From positions 29,425 through 93,424 of the forward strand of contig DYGB01000002.1 in the NCBI GenBank assembly GCA_020724905.1: 64,000 nt of DNA. Direction: 5' to 3'. Position numbers and translations under genes: made by a program. This document shows, in pieces, positions 30,896 to 40,795 of this stretch. The number at the start of each line of letters is the position of its first letter. Within the stretch, counting starts at the first letter, position 1. The notes beneath the pieces are model-generated. The model worked only from the letters and a program-made list of their open reading frames with translations, was not told the DNA's origin and did no database searches. The DNA comes from Candidatus Paceibacter sp. (GTDB lineage: Bacteria; Patescibacteriota; Minisyncoccia; UBA6257; JAGOQP01).

Positions 30896-31333
30896 TTACC
30901 AGTTTTTACAGCATGCAACTATTTTTCTTCCCAGAGCATTGATATATGTGTTGTTTCTAAACACATGAATACCAATCATTAAGATCCATAGAAAAGAAAG
31001 AATAATAACTACGCTAGTTGTAATGGTCTTTTCAAGAAGTGCGTATGTAAGTGAGATGAGCGTCAAGAATAAAGGAAGTGTAAAGATTGTATAGCTGGGA
31101 TGTACTTTCTCTCGGAGAAAATAGACAAGACCAACAATACTTCCTCCCATAAGTATTCCTGTGAGTGTGGGGTCTATAGCATGTCCTGTATAGAGCAATA
31201 CGATAAGAATACCCCAGGTTATAGATACTGCTGCACAGAGGGCACAGAGGGGAAGGCTAGTTATTGAGCGAAGTATGAGTACTAGTGTGAAGAGTATAAT
31301 AATACCCAACAGTACAAGTGTAATAAAATCCAT
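30896..31333 (-). CDS. Membrane protein with CxxC (LCALC) and C-terminal CC
   Basis: About 4 TM helices; inside the copper operon. Confidence 0.75.
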   Translation of the reverse strand: MDFITLVLLGIIILFTLVLILRSITSLPLCALCAAVSITWGILIVLLYTGHAIDPTLTGILMGGSIVGLVYFLREKVHPSYTIFTLPLFLTLISLTYALLEKTITTSVVIILSFLWILMIGIHVFRNNTYINALGRKIVACCKNW

Positions 31334-31839
31334 TATGATGTTAATTGAATAATAAGCGCTGCTACTATCAAAAGTAGACCAGTAATAAGTATTCCTTGAA
31401 ATGGGATCTGTTTACCTCGTATATTGGTAAGAGCTTTACTGAGTAGTGGAGAAATATACATAATACATGCCCCCATAATAACTCCTAGTAAATAAAGGTT
31501 AATCGTATAGGTTGTTCCATACTCTCCGATAAAAGGAATATAGAGTGGTCCATAGTCTTGTACGAGGGGTAATATTGGAACAACGGTTCCTAAAAACAGT
31601 ATGAGGGTAAGGATGTGCTTTTGAAATGGTATGTATTGCTTTTGTACTATCTTGGAGATCCATAAGCCAAGAGCCAAGGCAAATGCTCCGATACATAATC
31701 CAACAATAACGGAAGAAATCCCCAAAGACGCAGCGAGTACTGCTAAAGCACCGGCTCCAACTGTACAGAGTGGACAATGAGCTGATGCTACTTTTGGGAT
31801 AAGAGCGATAAGTGGAAGAGTTAGAATATATTTTTTCAT
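31333..31839 (-). CDS. Membrane protein with HCPLC motif
   Basis: Signal-like N-terminus then AHCPLC, multiple TM helices. Confidence 0.8.
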   Translation of the reverse strand: MKKYILTLPLIALIPKVASAHCPLCTVGAGALAVLAASLGISSVIVGLCIGAFALALGLWISKIVQKQYIPFQKHILTLILFLGTVVPILPLVQDYGPLYIPFIGEYGTTYTINLYLLGVIMGACIMYISPLLSKALTNIRGKQIPFQGILITGLLLIVAALIIQLTS

Positions 31840-31841
31840 AC

Positions 31842-32336
31842 TTATATTGTCATAAAGATACTCCCCTTTTCTCCATCATGAGTAATTTCATAGATAACAA
31901 AATCTCCCGTTTTTGGTCCAGGCATACCTGGGGATCCAGCGGGCATTCCTGCCATTCCGATTCCTGCTATGTCTGGTTTTTCAGTGAGTAATTGTATAAT
32001 TGCCTCATTAGGAATATGACCTTCTACTACATAACCACCTATTTCTGCTGTGTGACAACTTTCAACATCATAGGGTACCCTCAATGAACGTTTTACCTCT
32101 CCAAGGTCATGTGTTTCATGTACGGCAACACTGTATCCTTCTTTTTCCATGTACTTACCCCAGACACCACAACATCCACAAGTAGGTGATTTATGAAGAA
32201 CCACCTGTGGTTGATTTGAAGATGCTGTTTTTAGAACATCATTTTTAACAGGGACATCTTTTTCTGACAGGAGTATTCCTCCTAGTCCAATAACTGCAAT
32301 ACCTATACTAGCTATAATAAATATATTTTTATTCAT
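31842..32336 (-). CDS. DUF411/CopG-like metal-binding protein
   Basis: KSPTCGCC, SCHTA, YVVEGHIP, GMPAGSPGM. Confidence 0.9.
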   Translation of the reverse strand: MNKNIFIIASIGIAVIGLGGILLSEKDVPVKNDVLKTASSNQPQVVLHKSPTCGCCGVWGKYMEKEGYSVAVHETHDLGEVKRSLRVPYDVESCHTAEIGGYVVEGHIPNEAIIQLLTEKPDIAGIGMAGMPAGSPGMPGPKTGDFVIYEITHDGEKGSIFMTI

Positions 32337-32697
32337 GTTTTTGTGAAAGTATTTTTTTTGTGAGAGTGATAATAAGGAGTATCCCTACAAGGAGCCAGAC
32401 AATCATTAGTATTGGCATACCCCAGTACATAAATGATCCAGTTATACCTGTGTGATGTGGATAGTACGTTCCAGTGGACATCATTTGATTGTAGGGCATA
32501 GTATTGTACTCTCCAGAACGCTCCATAAATGACGCCATTTCTTGAAGTTCTGTTTCAGTGAGCTCTTCTCCTTGCATCATGGCATTCATGCTGTTTTGTA
32601 ATTGATCTACGTTTTCTTGATATATCATGTGTGCCTCTGATGTGAATGGAATAATGAGTATCCCAAGGAGTATTATTGAGAATAATATGTTTTTCAT
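32329..32697 (-). CDS. Met/His-rich exported or membrane protein
   Basis: Signal peptide ending EAH, Met-rich middle, C-terminal TM. Confidence 0.7.
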   Translation of the reverse strand: MKNILFSIILLGILIIPFTSEAHMIYQENVDQLQNSMNAMMQGEELTETELQEMASFMERSGEYNTMPYNQMMSTGTYYPHHTGITGSFMYWGMPILMIVWLLVGILLIITLTKKILSQKHE

Positions 32698-32704
32698 AGA
32701 ATAA

Positions 32705-32974
32705 TTATTTTTTATTTGTTTTTTTAAATACAGTAATGATTTCATCTATTGCCATTTGTTCTTTTCCTCCCTTTATTTGTGCAATAACATGCTCTGAGAG
32801 ATGGTTTTCAAGCATGAGATTTTCTACAACCAATAGAGCACTTCGTATAGCTGATGATTGTGTAATGATATCTATACAATATTTTTCTTCAGCGACCATT
32901 TTTTGAAGTCCTCGCACTTGTCCCTCAATTCTTTTGAGACGATTATGTATGCGTTTTTGTATCTCTGTATTCAT
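32705..32974 (-). CDS. csoR: CsoR/RcnR metal-sensing repressor
   Basis: NRLKRIEGQVRGL, YCIDII, LENHLSEH. Confidence 0.9.
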   Translation of the reverse strand: MNTEIQKRIHNRLKRIEGQVRGLQKMVAEEKYCIDIITQSSAIRSALLVVENLMLENHLSEHVIAQIKGGKEQMAIDEIITVFKKTNKK

Positions 32975-32983
32975 ATACAATAA

Positions 32984-33004
32984 ATATACCCCATGGGGGT
33001 ATAT
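32984..33004. promoter_or_regulatory. CsoR operator
   Basis: ATATACCCC-ATG-GGGGTATAT palindrome with C/G tracts, about 10 nt upstream of csoR. Confidence 0.85.
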
Positions 33005-33036
33005 ATTGCAAGAGTGTTTTATAAAATGAAAACGTC

Positions 33037-33366
33037 TTATTGAAGCTTAAAGCGTATAATCTTTACTATTGTATCTGGTCCTACTCTATCTCCATAATAC
33101 TTCTTGTATGTTTGATACATTTCTTCATCGTTTGAAAACTTTTCATGTCCATCAAAATCAGATTCTTCTAAGTCCCCCATTTTCTTTTTCCATACATCAA
33201 GAAGTTTTGCTGTACCAAAAATTTCTCTAGTGTTCCAGTTCATAAGATCTACTACATCTCCTTTTTTAAGATCTTTATCATCAAAAAGACGCCATGTGAG
33301 ATCTTTTTCTCCAGTTAAGACAAGTTGTGCTAAATGATCTCTAAATTTAATTACTTTATGTTCCAT
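33037..33366 (-). CDS. ASCH domain protein
   Basis: LVLTGEKDLTWR, GDVV.L, Y..YY...V.IIRF. Confidence 0.8.
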   Translation of the reverse strand: MEHKVIKFRDHLAQLVLTGEKDLTWRLFDDKDLKKGDVVDLMNWNTREIFGTAKLLDVWKKKMGDLEESDFDGHEKFSNDEEMYQTYKKYYGDRVGPDTIVKIIRFKLQ

Positions 33367-33414
33367 ATATATAATTGTATCACAGAATTCTCTCTAAAAC
33401 TTATCACGAAGTGG

Positions 33415-33435
33415 CTGGCGTTCTCGTGTTAGAAC
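33415..33435 (+). repeat. 21-bp dispersed repeat, copy 1
   Basis: CTGGCGTTCTCGTGTTAGAAC; 19/21 to 46086-46106 and 17/21 to 44488-44508. Confidence 0.6.
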
Positions 33436-33623
33436 CAATCTATCTGCAAGTCAGGTAATGTTTATTTACCACTCCCTTATTGCATCATGTTGACCCTCTT
33501 TGGGCGTATTGAAAAAGTGACAAAAGTGACAGATTTTTAGAGAAAAGTACAGTTAACTATTATTCATTTTTTGGTATTTATAATAATAAAAGGAGTACAT
33601 TTTTGTACTCCTTTTCTATCTTA

Positions 33624-33995
33624 CTACAATACTCCTTTTACTATATATGTTGGATATGAGATATCCCATCCAACAAATCCATTCCCAAAAAGTTTTTTTA
33701 GTGTATCAGTCATTTCTTCAAAATAATCATTATATCGCCTCCTTCCCAGTTTCTCCTTTTCTTGTGGTGAGTTATCGAGGGGGTCGTCAACTGTGAAGGG
33801 AGCAAGTACAAACCCTATTCCATGTTGATCTTTAGAAACTTTTCGGACATAAATTTCTAAATATTCACCATGTTTTCTTAAGATGTCTGAATCTTTCTCC
33901 CATTCTTCAGCAAGATCCAAAAGTTTTTTGAGAGAGACTTTTTTGTCAGAAAATTTCCATATTCCTGTTACCCAAAACTCTTTTACTGCTGGCAT
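33624..33995 (-). CDS. Hypothetical protein
   Basis: SD AGGAGG, TTGACT-17-TACTAT promoter, terminator 33586-33616. Confidence 0.7.
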   Translation of the reverse strand: MPAVKEFWVTGIWKFSDKKVSLKKLLDLAEEWEKDSDILRKHGEYLEIYVRKVSKDQHGIGFVLAPFTVDDPLDNSPQEKEKLGRRRYNDYFEEMTDTLKKLFGNGFVGWDISYPTYIVKGVL

Positions 33996-34111
33996 AAAAA
34001 ACCTCCTTTTGAAAATGAAATAAAAAATAAATGAAATGAATGTAAAAGAACGAAACACTACATAGTGTGTAGTGTTTATATAGTAAACTCTATATTGCCA
34101 TTAGTCAATAT

Positions 34112-34723
34112 CTACTTTTGAACAAAGAAATAGAGCCAGTGTGTTTTTCTTTCGTCATTCTCTACATGTGTCCCCTGTTCTAAAATAGTAAAGTTATTAA
34201 CTTCTAATATTTTTTTGAATTCTTCTTGGGTGTAGAAAGAGAAATATCGTTCAATACCACCCATTTTTTCTTCTTTAATAATGCCTTCTTCAAGTATCGT
34301 TTTTTCTTTTATAGAGATAAAACCAACCCCCTTTTCTTTTGTTATCCTATATATTTCTTGCAGTACAATATTTATTTCTTTTTTTGGAACATGCAAAAGA
34401 CTCGCTGCTGCCCAAAACCCATCAAAGGTATTATTTGGAAATTCAAGAGTATAAAAATCTATTTGTTTAAAAGTACCTTTTGGAACCCTTTTTTGTGCGA
34501 TAGTAAGCATTCCTTCGGAAGCATCAATTCCTATATATTTATATCTTTCTGCAAGTTGTTCCCCATCTCTTCCTGTTCCACATCCAATGTCGATGATTTT
34601 TCCATGTGATATCAGATTTTTAAATGTTTGTATCTGATCAACCCAAAATAACTCCGCGTTTCTTTGATTAAACTCTTCTGCAATTTTGTTATAAGTGTTT
34701 TTTGTTTTTTCTTTGTGGTTCAT
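34112..34723 (-). CDS. Class I SAM-dependent methyltransferase
   Basis: IIDIGCGTGRD, GIDAS, FDGFWAAASLLH. Confidence 0.9.
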   Translation of the reverse strand: MNHKEKTKNTYNKIAEEFNQRNAELFWVDQIQTFKNLISHGKIIDIGCGTGRDGEQLAERYKYIGIDASEGMLTIAQKRVPKGTFKQIDFYTLEFPNNTFDGFWAAASLLHVPKKEINIVLQEIYRITKEKGVGFISIKEKTILEEGIIKEEKMGGIERYFSFYTQEEFKKILEVNNFTILEQGTHVENDERKTHWLYFFVQK

Positions 34724-34732
34724 ATTATATAT

Positions 34733-35125
34733 TTAATCCTTTTTAATCTTAGGAATATACTCTCTTGATATTTTACGAACCTGTATTTTCTCTATTCCTA
34801 GAATAGTCGCTTTCATAAGACGATGGAGTCCATCAAGGATGAGCCACTTTCCTTTGTTCTCCATAATATCTATTGGGTATGTAAGATCAGCTTCCATTGT
34901 TCTTCTATATTCTTTTTCATATTCTTCTGGATTATCAATAACCTCTTTGGGTTTTAGATTGTATATGTTGTTACCCTCCCAAAGGAAAGGTATATCAAAA
35001 TGCCAAGAAAGTTCTTGAATATCCATATCTTCGATAGGAACATCAAGTTCCCAGACTTTTCTCTCATCCCATCTAAAATCAAAACCGACATCTTTTATAA
35101 TTTGTGGAATTTCTTTTTGGTTCAT
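34733..35125 (-). CDS. Hypothetical protein, ParB/Srx-like motif
   Basis: YPIDI....WLILDGLHRL. Confidence 0.65.
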   Translation of the reverse strand: MNQKEIPQIIKDVGFDFRWDERKVWELDVPIEDMDIQELSWHFDIPFLWEGNNIYNLKPKEVIDNPEEYEKEYRRTMEADLTYPIDIMENKGKWLILDGLHRLMKATILGIEKIQVRKISREYIPKIKKD

Positions 35126-35185
35126 GTTGAATAAATCTCTAAAATATGAATCTTATCCTTTCTATTGTCTTCTTTGTTGCTTACA

Positions 35186-35554
35186 CTAATTTCTTACTGC
35201 TACAACATCTATCTCTAAGCTTGCTCCTAAGGGTAATGCGTTAACTTCAATTGCTGTACGAACTGGGAGTGGATGTTTAAAATAATGTAAGTATATTTTA
35301 TTAAGATTAGAAAGATCTTTTAGATCAGTTAGATATAGCTGGACTCTGATTATATCATCGAGGGTAAGCCCAGCTTTTTCTAATAAATTCTTTATATTTG
35401 AAATAATAATATCAAATCTTTCTTCTATAGTGTCTCCCGCCAAATGATCTGAAACCATATGGATTTGCCCAGAAAGAAACACTAAACCGTTTACTTCACA
35501 AGCTCCCGAAAGTGGCGCCCCTGTATCCTGTGAAGATTTATATACTTTTTTCAT
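35186..35554 (-). CDS. RidA/YjgF family protein
   Basis: VFLSGQI, F..PLPVRTAIEV.ALP.GA.LEI. Confidence 0.9.
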   Translation of the reverse strand: MKKVYKSSQDTGAPLSGACEVNGLVFLSGQIHMVSDHLAGDTIEERFDIIISNIKNLLEKAGLTLDDIIRVQLYLTDLKDLSNLNKIYLHYFKHPLPVRTAIEVNALPLGASLEIDVVAVRN

Positions 35555-35573
35555 GTACAGATTATACCATAAA

Positions 35574-36269
35574 TTACCTCGGATGTTTTTTCCGAAAATC
35601 TAGAATAAGCAATATAATGCACCATATAGCTACTATCGAAAGCTGAATCATTAATTCCGTCATTCCTCCAGACGTAACTATTGTAAGAGCATCGCTACCG
35701 ATAGAATATACAATAATTCCAACAAGAAAATTCCAGAATAACACGGCAGTAAACGAAGTAATGAAAAATTTTCTAAATGGCATATTTAAGATCCCCGCGG
35801 CTGTGTCTGTAAGGGCGCTCATGCTTGGGAGCCAGTAACTTCCGAAAATAGCCGATGATCCATGTTTGAGAAGTTTTTCTTTAGACTCTTTAATAGATGC
35901 TTTGAGTCCGAATTTTATAAGTAGTTTATGCCATCCATATTTTCCTAGTATATAATTTGCAAGATGTGCGCACATAAGACCGAGTGTACCAATGCATATC
36001 CGTATAAGTGCATCTGAAAGAGAGTTAGCGCTTGCTACGCTCACAAAAATAATGAACACCCCTGGGAAGTATCCGCCAAATAAAAGCATACCCTCAATAC
36101 ATGCGCTTATGAATATAATAATGAGCCCATAAGAATCAAACCATGTGTTGATATGTTCTGTGAGTATTTCTGTGGAAGGAAGATCAAAAAGCCTCCAAGC
36201 AATAAAAAGAGAGAGAAATGTAGCAAGTAGACTAAGGGGTAAGGATAAAAGCTTGAGATAGTATTTCAT
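35574..36269 (-). CDS. DedA family membrane protein
   Basis: IEG...GYFPG, NYILGKYG, AGILNMPFRKF. Confidence 0.8.
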   Translation of the reverse strand: MKYYLKLLSLPLSLLATFLSLFIAWRLFDLPSTEILTEHINTWFDSYGLIIIFISACIEGMLLFGGYFPGVFIIFVSVASANSLSDALIRICIGTLGLMCAHLANYILGKYGWHKLLIKFGLKASIKESKEKLLKHGSSAIFGSYWLPSMSALTDTAAGILNMPFRKFFITSFTAVLFWNFLVGIIVYSIGSDALTIVTSGGMTELMIQLSIVAIWCIILLILDFRKKHPR

Positions 36270-36934
36270 TTATTTATTTTTTTACCACTGTGTTGAGGTG
36301 TATATAGTAGAAAAGAATCCTTGTTTTCCTTTGTTTCAGCCAAAAGAAATTGTTCATCAGTTATTGTTCTTGTTTTATACCCGTCGTAAGAAAGACTCTC
36401 TTCTATCTTTGTTAATATAGATTGGTATTTTTCTGATTCCCAGTGGGGAATGATAGAGGTATCTATCATATTTAGTCCCTCATATATTTGTATCGGTGCA
36501 ACAGAAGGGTCGTCTGCAGAGTCAAAGTATTTTAATGTTGGACCAAGAACTATAGCTCCGGCACTATCTCCTCCAACAACAATACCTTCCTCTAGTAATG
36601 CTTTAATCATACCATCAAGTCCACTCTCCTTTAGTGAATATCGAAGCATAAAGGTGTTTCCTCCGTTAAACCACAGAACATCAAATCTTTTTAGGGTTGA
36701 TTCTAGTTCGTTATTATTTTTATAGAAGTTTCTCAAATCTATTTCTTCTACATAAGAGACAATATCTTTAAAGTATAATATCAGCTCTTTTGATTTTTCT
36801 AATCGTTCCTTATCTGGTTTATCATCTTTTGCATTAAGAATAAGGCCTAATTTTATTTTATCTTTGGGTTTATTTATAAAACGTAGGAATGTCTCTACAT
36901 CAGGTATTCTGTATGAAGAAAGGTATAATTTCAT
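36266..36934 (-). CDS. Peptidase S51 (dipeptidase E-like)
   Basis: GGNTF, GDSAGA, IIPH. Confidence 0.88.
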   Translation of the reverse strand: MKLYLSSYRIPDVETFLRFINKPKDKIKLGLILNAKDDKPDKERLEKSKELILYFKDIVSYVEEIDLRNFYKNNNELESTLKRFDVLWFNGGNTFMLRYSLKESGLDGMIKALLEEGIVVGGDSAGAIVLGPTLKYFDSADDPSVAPIQIYEGLNMIDTSIIPHWESEKYQSILTKIEESLSYDGYKTRTITDEQFLLAETKENKDSFLLYTPQHSGKKINK

Positions 36935-36938
36935 AGGT

Positions 36939-37688
36939 TTACTTTAGTTTAAATAAAAATCCATTCCTACTCCAAAACCATAGAGGGGAATGCATGTCTA
37001 TTGGATCTATTCCACTTTTATTTAAAGCCGTTCTCCATTTTTCTGATATATCTTCTCTTTTTAGTTCACTCCCCTCTTTTTCTGTTATTATGCCGAGTTT
37101 TATAGAACATTTTATTATATGTGTATCAGGTGCTATTTCGATCTTATCTCTATTTTTTAGATGTAGGCCGCAATAAGTATCAAGGATAAATGCCCAATAA
37201 TTAAATATTTTAGGACCGGAGAGATACGGGAATTCTTTCTTATGTTTGATTTGAATTTGGTTTTTCAGTGTTAGGAAATCACCTTGTGTTTCTTTTATTA
37301 AATAAGAAAAAGAACCCCAATTTTTTTCTACTGCCTTGGTAATGGATATCCAGGTATCTGTATGCTTATTTGGTTGAAGTGCTAGTTTGTGTTTCAAAAG
37401 AGCTTTCTGGATTTCTCTTCTTTTCTTTTTCTTTATATTTTTTATCTCGAATATAAATTTTGTTGACTTATCATTGTATGTTTTTAACGCAGCCTCCCAA
37501 AGATCATAACTGTTTCTTTGATAATTAAGTGCCATCGGTAACGTGAAATAGGCAATTTTATCTTCCAATTCATTTTTTAAAAATCTTGGATGAGAATCTT
37601 CTGGCATTATTGTTTTTCCCAAATCACCCCTTTTGAATGCCTCTATAAGGATGTGGCATCTATTTTGTAACAATGAGTTATTCTTCAT
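36939..37688 (-). CDS. Hypothetical protein, distant HhH DNA glycosylase-like
   Basis: FPYLSGPKI.NYW, IAPDTHI...KLG, PLWFWSR. Confidence 0.6.
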   Translation of the reverse strand: MKNNSLLQNRCHILIEAFKRGDLGKTIMPEDSHPRFLKNELEDKIAYFTLPMALNYQRNSYDLWEAALKTYNDKSTKFIFEIKNIKKKKRREIQKALLKHKLALQPNKHTDTWISITKAVEKNWGSFSYLIKETQGDFLTLKNQIQIKHKKEFPYLSGPKIFNYWAFILDTYCGLHLKNRDKIEIAPDTHIIKCSIKLGIITEKEGSELKREDISEKWRTALNKSGIDPIDMHSPLWFWSRNGFLFKLK

Positions 37689-37692
37689 TTGG

Positions 37693-38238
37693 TTATAATA
37701 GATTCAAGATTTCTGGGAATTCTTTTCCACAAAAATGTCCTTTATCTGAGTATTCGTGGTACGTGGCTTTTGGGAGAGATTTTTTTATTATCTCGAATGA
37801 TGTTAATAGATCCGGAGAGTCGTCTGATGATATAAATACGTGAATCGTGTTAATATCCTGAATGTTAGAGTTTATCGAAAAGTTAAAAAAGTCAGTCGTT
37901 AGTTCGTTTTCAGGATCTAGCCATGGGGCAACAAGGATTATTTTTTCCACCTTAATGTTTGGGTTTTCTGAGAAGAATCGTAGTAAAAACCCGCCTCCAC
38001 AACTGTGTCCGATAACTATACTATTTTTTTCTAATGATTGTTGCTTAAATACCTCAAGCCAATTCTCATATAAAGGATCAAATGGTTTTGGGTACTCAAG
38101 TGCTTGGCATAAACCGTTCTTGAGAGCTATTTGTTTTTGTAACCATGGAAACCAATTTGTATTTGATGGGGATGGTTTTTCTGTTTTATAAAACTCATCT
38201 TTATATGGGGATCCGTGTATAAGTATGGTTTGATTCAT
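37693..38238 (-). CDS. RBBP9/YdeN family alpha/beta hydrolase
   Basis: LIHG, NWFPWL, GHSCGG, GHF. Confidence 0.88.
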   Translation of the reverse strand: MNQTILIHGSPYKDEFYKTEKPSPSNTNWFPWLQKQIALKNGLCQALEYPKPFDPLYENWLEVFKQQSLEKNSIVIGHSCGGGFLLRFFSENPNIKVEKIILVAPWLDPENELTTDFFNFSINSNIQDINTIHVFISSDDSPDLLTSFEIIKKSLPKATYHEYSDKGHFCGKEFPEILNLL

Positions 38239-38252
38239 GTTGTCTTGTTACA

Positions 38253-38591
38253 TTAATATAATTTTTCACCGTTGGGAACTTTTTTATCAGGTCTTGCTAT
38301 GACAATATCTCCGTCTTTATCTTTAAAGCCCGTAACTAAACATTCAGAAACATATTTTCCCACTTTTTTTGGTGGAAAGTTAACAACGCCGATGACTTGT
38401 TGTCCCAACAACTCTTCTTTTGTGTAATGATGAGTTATTTGACTACTTGACGTTTTTATTCCAAGTTCTTCTCCAAAATCTATTTTCATTTTATATGCAG
38501 GATCCTTAGCCTCAGGAAAATCTTCTATTTCTACAATAGTTCCAACGCGTAACTCTATGTTCTCAAATTCCTCCCAAGTGATTGTTTTCAT
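38253..38591 (-). CDS. csaA: tRNA-binding/chaperone protein CsaA
   Basis: LRVGTI, PAYK, SSSQIT, VVNFPPK, SECLVTG. Confidence 0.9.
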   Translation of the reverse strand: MKTITWEEFENIELRVGTIVEIEDFPEAKDPAYKMKIDFGEELGIKTSSSQITHHYTKEELLGQQVIGVVNFPPKKVGKYVSECLVTGFKDKDGDIVIARPDKKVPNGEKLY

Positions 38592-38609
38592 GGTATTATT
38601 ATATCATTG

Positions 38610-39266
38610 ATGAAGAATAAATTTCCAACCATTATATTCTGGAGCATCATCACGCTACTTCCCATTCTTGGAATAATTTTTGGCATTCTCGATCCAGAAT
38701 CGTTCGAGCATGGGAAGCAATTAGCACAAGAATATATCATTCCTTTTGGTGTTTTTGCTCCTTTTGTGTTTATCTTTATCCAAGCACTTCAAGTTATTAT
38801 CACTCCCATTAGTCACTATAGCGTTGGTATTATTGGTGGGTTTATTTGGGGACCATACATAGGAGGAGTGTTGAATTGGACTGGTCGTATGATAGGACAT
38901 GCAATTGCATTTATTATTGCTCGGAAAATAGGAAAAAAGCTTGCTTTGAAATTTGTAAGTTCTCAACAGATAGAGAAATATGACAAATATGTTTCTAATA
39001 AATCTCTATTTCTATTTTTGTTTTATTTTCTCCCTCTTTTTCCTGATGATGAATTAAGTTATCTTGCAGGACTTTCAAAAATGAAGGCAAAATCATTTAT
39101 TGTTGCAAATATATTTGGGCATATTGGCGGAAGCTTTAGTCTTGCATATATTGGGGCTGGAATAGATGAGTACAATCCATTTTTCTGGATATTAATTACT
39201 CTCACTTTAATTGGATTTGTTATGTTTTGGTTTGTGGTAATTAGGAATAATAGGTCATTTGAATAA
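38610..39266 (+). CDS. TVP38/TMEM64 (VTT domain) membrane protein
   Basis: IQALQVIITPI, LPLFPDD.LSYLAGLSKM. Confidence 0.88.
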   Translation: MKNKFPTIIFWSIITLLPILGIIFGILDPESFEHGKQLAQEYIIPFGVFAPFVFIFIQALQVIITPISHYSVGIIGGFIWGPYIGGVLNWTGRMIGHAIAFIIARKIGKKLALKFVSSQQIEKYDKYVSNKSLFLFLFYFLPLFPDDELSYLAGLSKMKAKSFIVANIFGHIGGSFSLAYIGAGIDEYNPFFWILITLTLIGFVMFWFVVIRNNRSFE

Positions 39267-39303
39267 AATAAAAGCGCAGATATATTATCCACGCTTTTTT
39301 GCG

Positions 39304-39708
39304 TTATTTCTTCAAGGAATCAGGTAATAGACAAGTATGTGAATCCCAAATCCATATTCTTTTCTTGTTCAAATTAAATACTTTACTAAAGAAACCGCAT
39401 ACGAGTTGACTTTCCGGCTCCTGATCTAATTCAAATTGAATTGAGTTTAGTTTGGTAATGGGGATTGGATTTTCTTTCATATCTAGATATTCAACATTTC
39501 TCAAAATGAAATGTGTGGTGGCTACTATGTCAACTATATCCCCAACCTTAATTTCCTCTATTGTGTTGGTGAGCGTTGCACAAATACGCTTGTAAGGTCT
39601 TGGTACTTCCTCTCTGGGTAATTGTGCTTCTGATATTATGACGATGCTCTCATCATATTCTAGTCTTTCGTTTCCGAAATAATCATAGAAAAACAATTTG
39701 TCTTTCAT
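39304..39708 (-). CDS. Hypothetical protein
   Basis: SD AAGGAGG; 134-aa ORF. Confidence 0.65.
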   Translation of the reverse strand: MKDKLFFYDYFGNERLEYDESIVIISEAQLPREEVPRPYKRICATLTNTIEEIKVGDIVDIVATTHFILRNVEYLDMKENPIPITKLNSIQFELDQEPESQLVCGFFSKVFNLNKKRIWIWDSHTCLLPDSLKK

Positions 39709-39773
39709 AAATCCTCCTTGATTTTTATTGTGCTATATATTCTATATCATATATGAACATCCTTGTAAATCTA

Positions 39774-40232
39774 TTACAAAAGTTGTTTATCAAGCGGTGG
39801 GTCTGAGAAATATGTTCTTACTATAAAACCTTTTTCCATTAATTCAATCATTTCCATGTAAGGTCTTTTTATAAGCAGAAATTGTGGTTGGGGAAGATAT
39901 TTCTTTTTAAAGTCTTGATAATTAGAAACAGTAAAGTCCGCGTCCCCTCTTTCTGGTTTGGTTACATCAGGAACCCTTATCTTGAGAATTTTTAATATTC
40001 CAGCATTAGTTTCTATATCTCTAATATGATATATATATCCCGATTTTGTTTCTTTTATTCTTTTCCCAATTTTTTTCGTAGCACTTTCCAGTTCTGTATA
40101 TTCAGATTCTGATTGTGAAAATATACACGCATAATTCAAAGATGCATTAACTTCATCTGTGTATTTATCTTTAAGATATGATGCTTGTAAAACTATATTT
40201 TTAACAATGTCTAGTAATTCTTTTTCGTTCAT
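39774..40232 (-). CDS. Hypothetical protein
   Basis: 152-aa ORF with NYACIF, ERGDADF, EMIEL; operonic with the VOC gene. Confidence 0.75.
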   Translation of the reverse strand: MNEKELLDIVKNIVLQASYLKDKYTDEVNASLNYACIFSQSESEYTELESATKKIGKRIKETKSGYIYHIRDIETNAGILKILKIRVPDVTKPERGDADFTVSNYQDFKKKYLPQPQFLLIKRPYMEMIELMEKGFIVRTYFSDPPLDKQLL

Positions 40233-40240
40233 ACTATTTT

Positions 40241-40669
40241 TTATTCATCTATTCCCCATTGTACCATTTCTGTGAATCGAATATAGAACCCATGGGGATC
40301 AACAACTCTAAAGTCTTTACTTCCCCATTTCTTTAATGTTAGTTCTTGTGCTATGGGGATTTTTTCTACACTTTTTATAGCTTTCCATAATAGCTCTATA
40401 TTGGATACTGGTATAGTTATTTCAACACCATATCCTCGAGGAGTGTCTTTTGAAATACTTTTGAAATAAGAGTGGCTATATATTTTCTCTGTATTTCCAT
40501 AGAAATTTAGATATGTTGATCCAAGATCATCATTTCTTTCTAGAATGAGGTAATCATTTTTTTCTTCTTTTTCGTTTCTTGCCACAGAGAAACCAAAATG
40601 TGTATAAAATTCAATTGTTTTTTTAAAATCAGGGACGTGGAGTTCTATAACAAGATTATTTTCCAGCAT
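40241..40669 (-). CDS. VOC/glyoxalase family protein
   Basis: ELHV.D...I.FY..GF, WG..DFRVVDP.GFYIRF. Confidence 0.88.
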   Translation of the reverse strand: MLENNLVIELHVPDFKKTIEFYTHFGFSVARNEKEEKNDYLILERNDDLGSTYLNFYGNTEKIYSHSYFKSISKDTPRGYGVEITIPVSNIELLWKAIKSVEKIPIAQELTLKKWGSKDFRVVDPHGFYIRFTEMVQWGIDE

Positions 40670-40795
40670 ATCAGTATTAAGTTTATTATATAAATAGTAT
40701 CACACATTATTTCTTTCAATAACTGTATATGTTGACATATATCCATATATGATGTATCATCTCTTTAGACACATTAATAATACAAGGAGCGTATA

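Noticed and set aside
33512-33531. Tandem AAAAGTGAC x2
   Set aside because: Too short and unique to support a function in AT-rich DNA.
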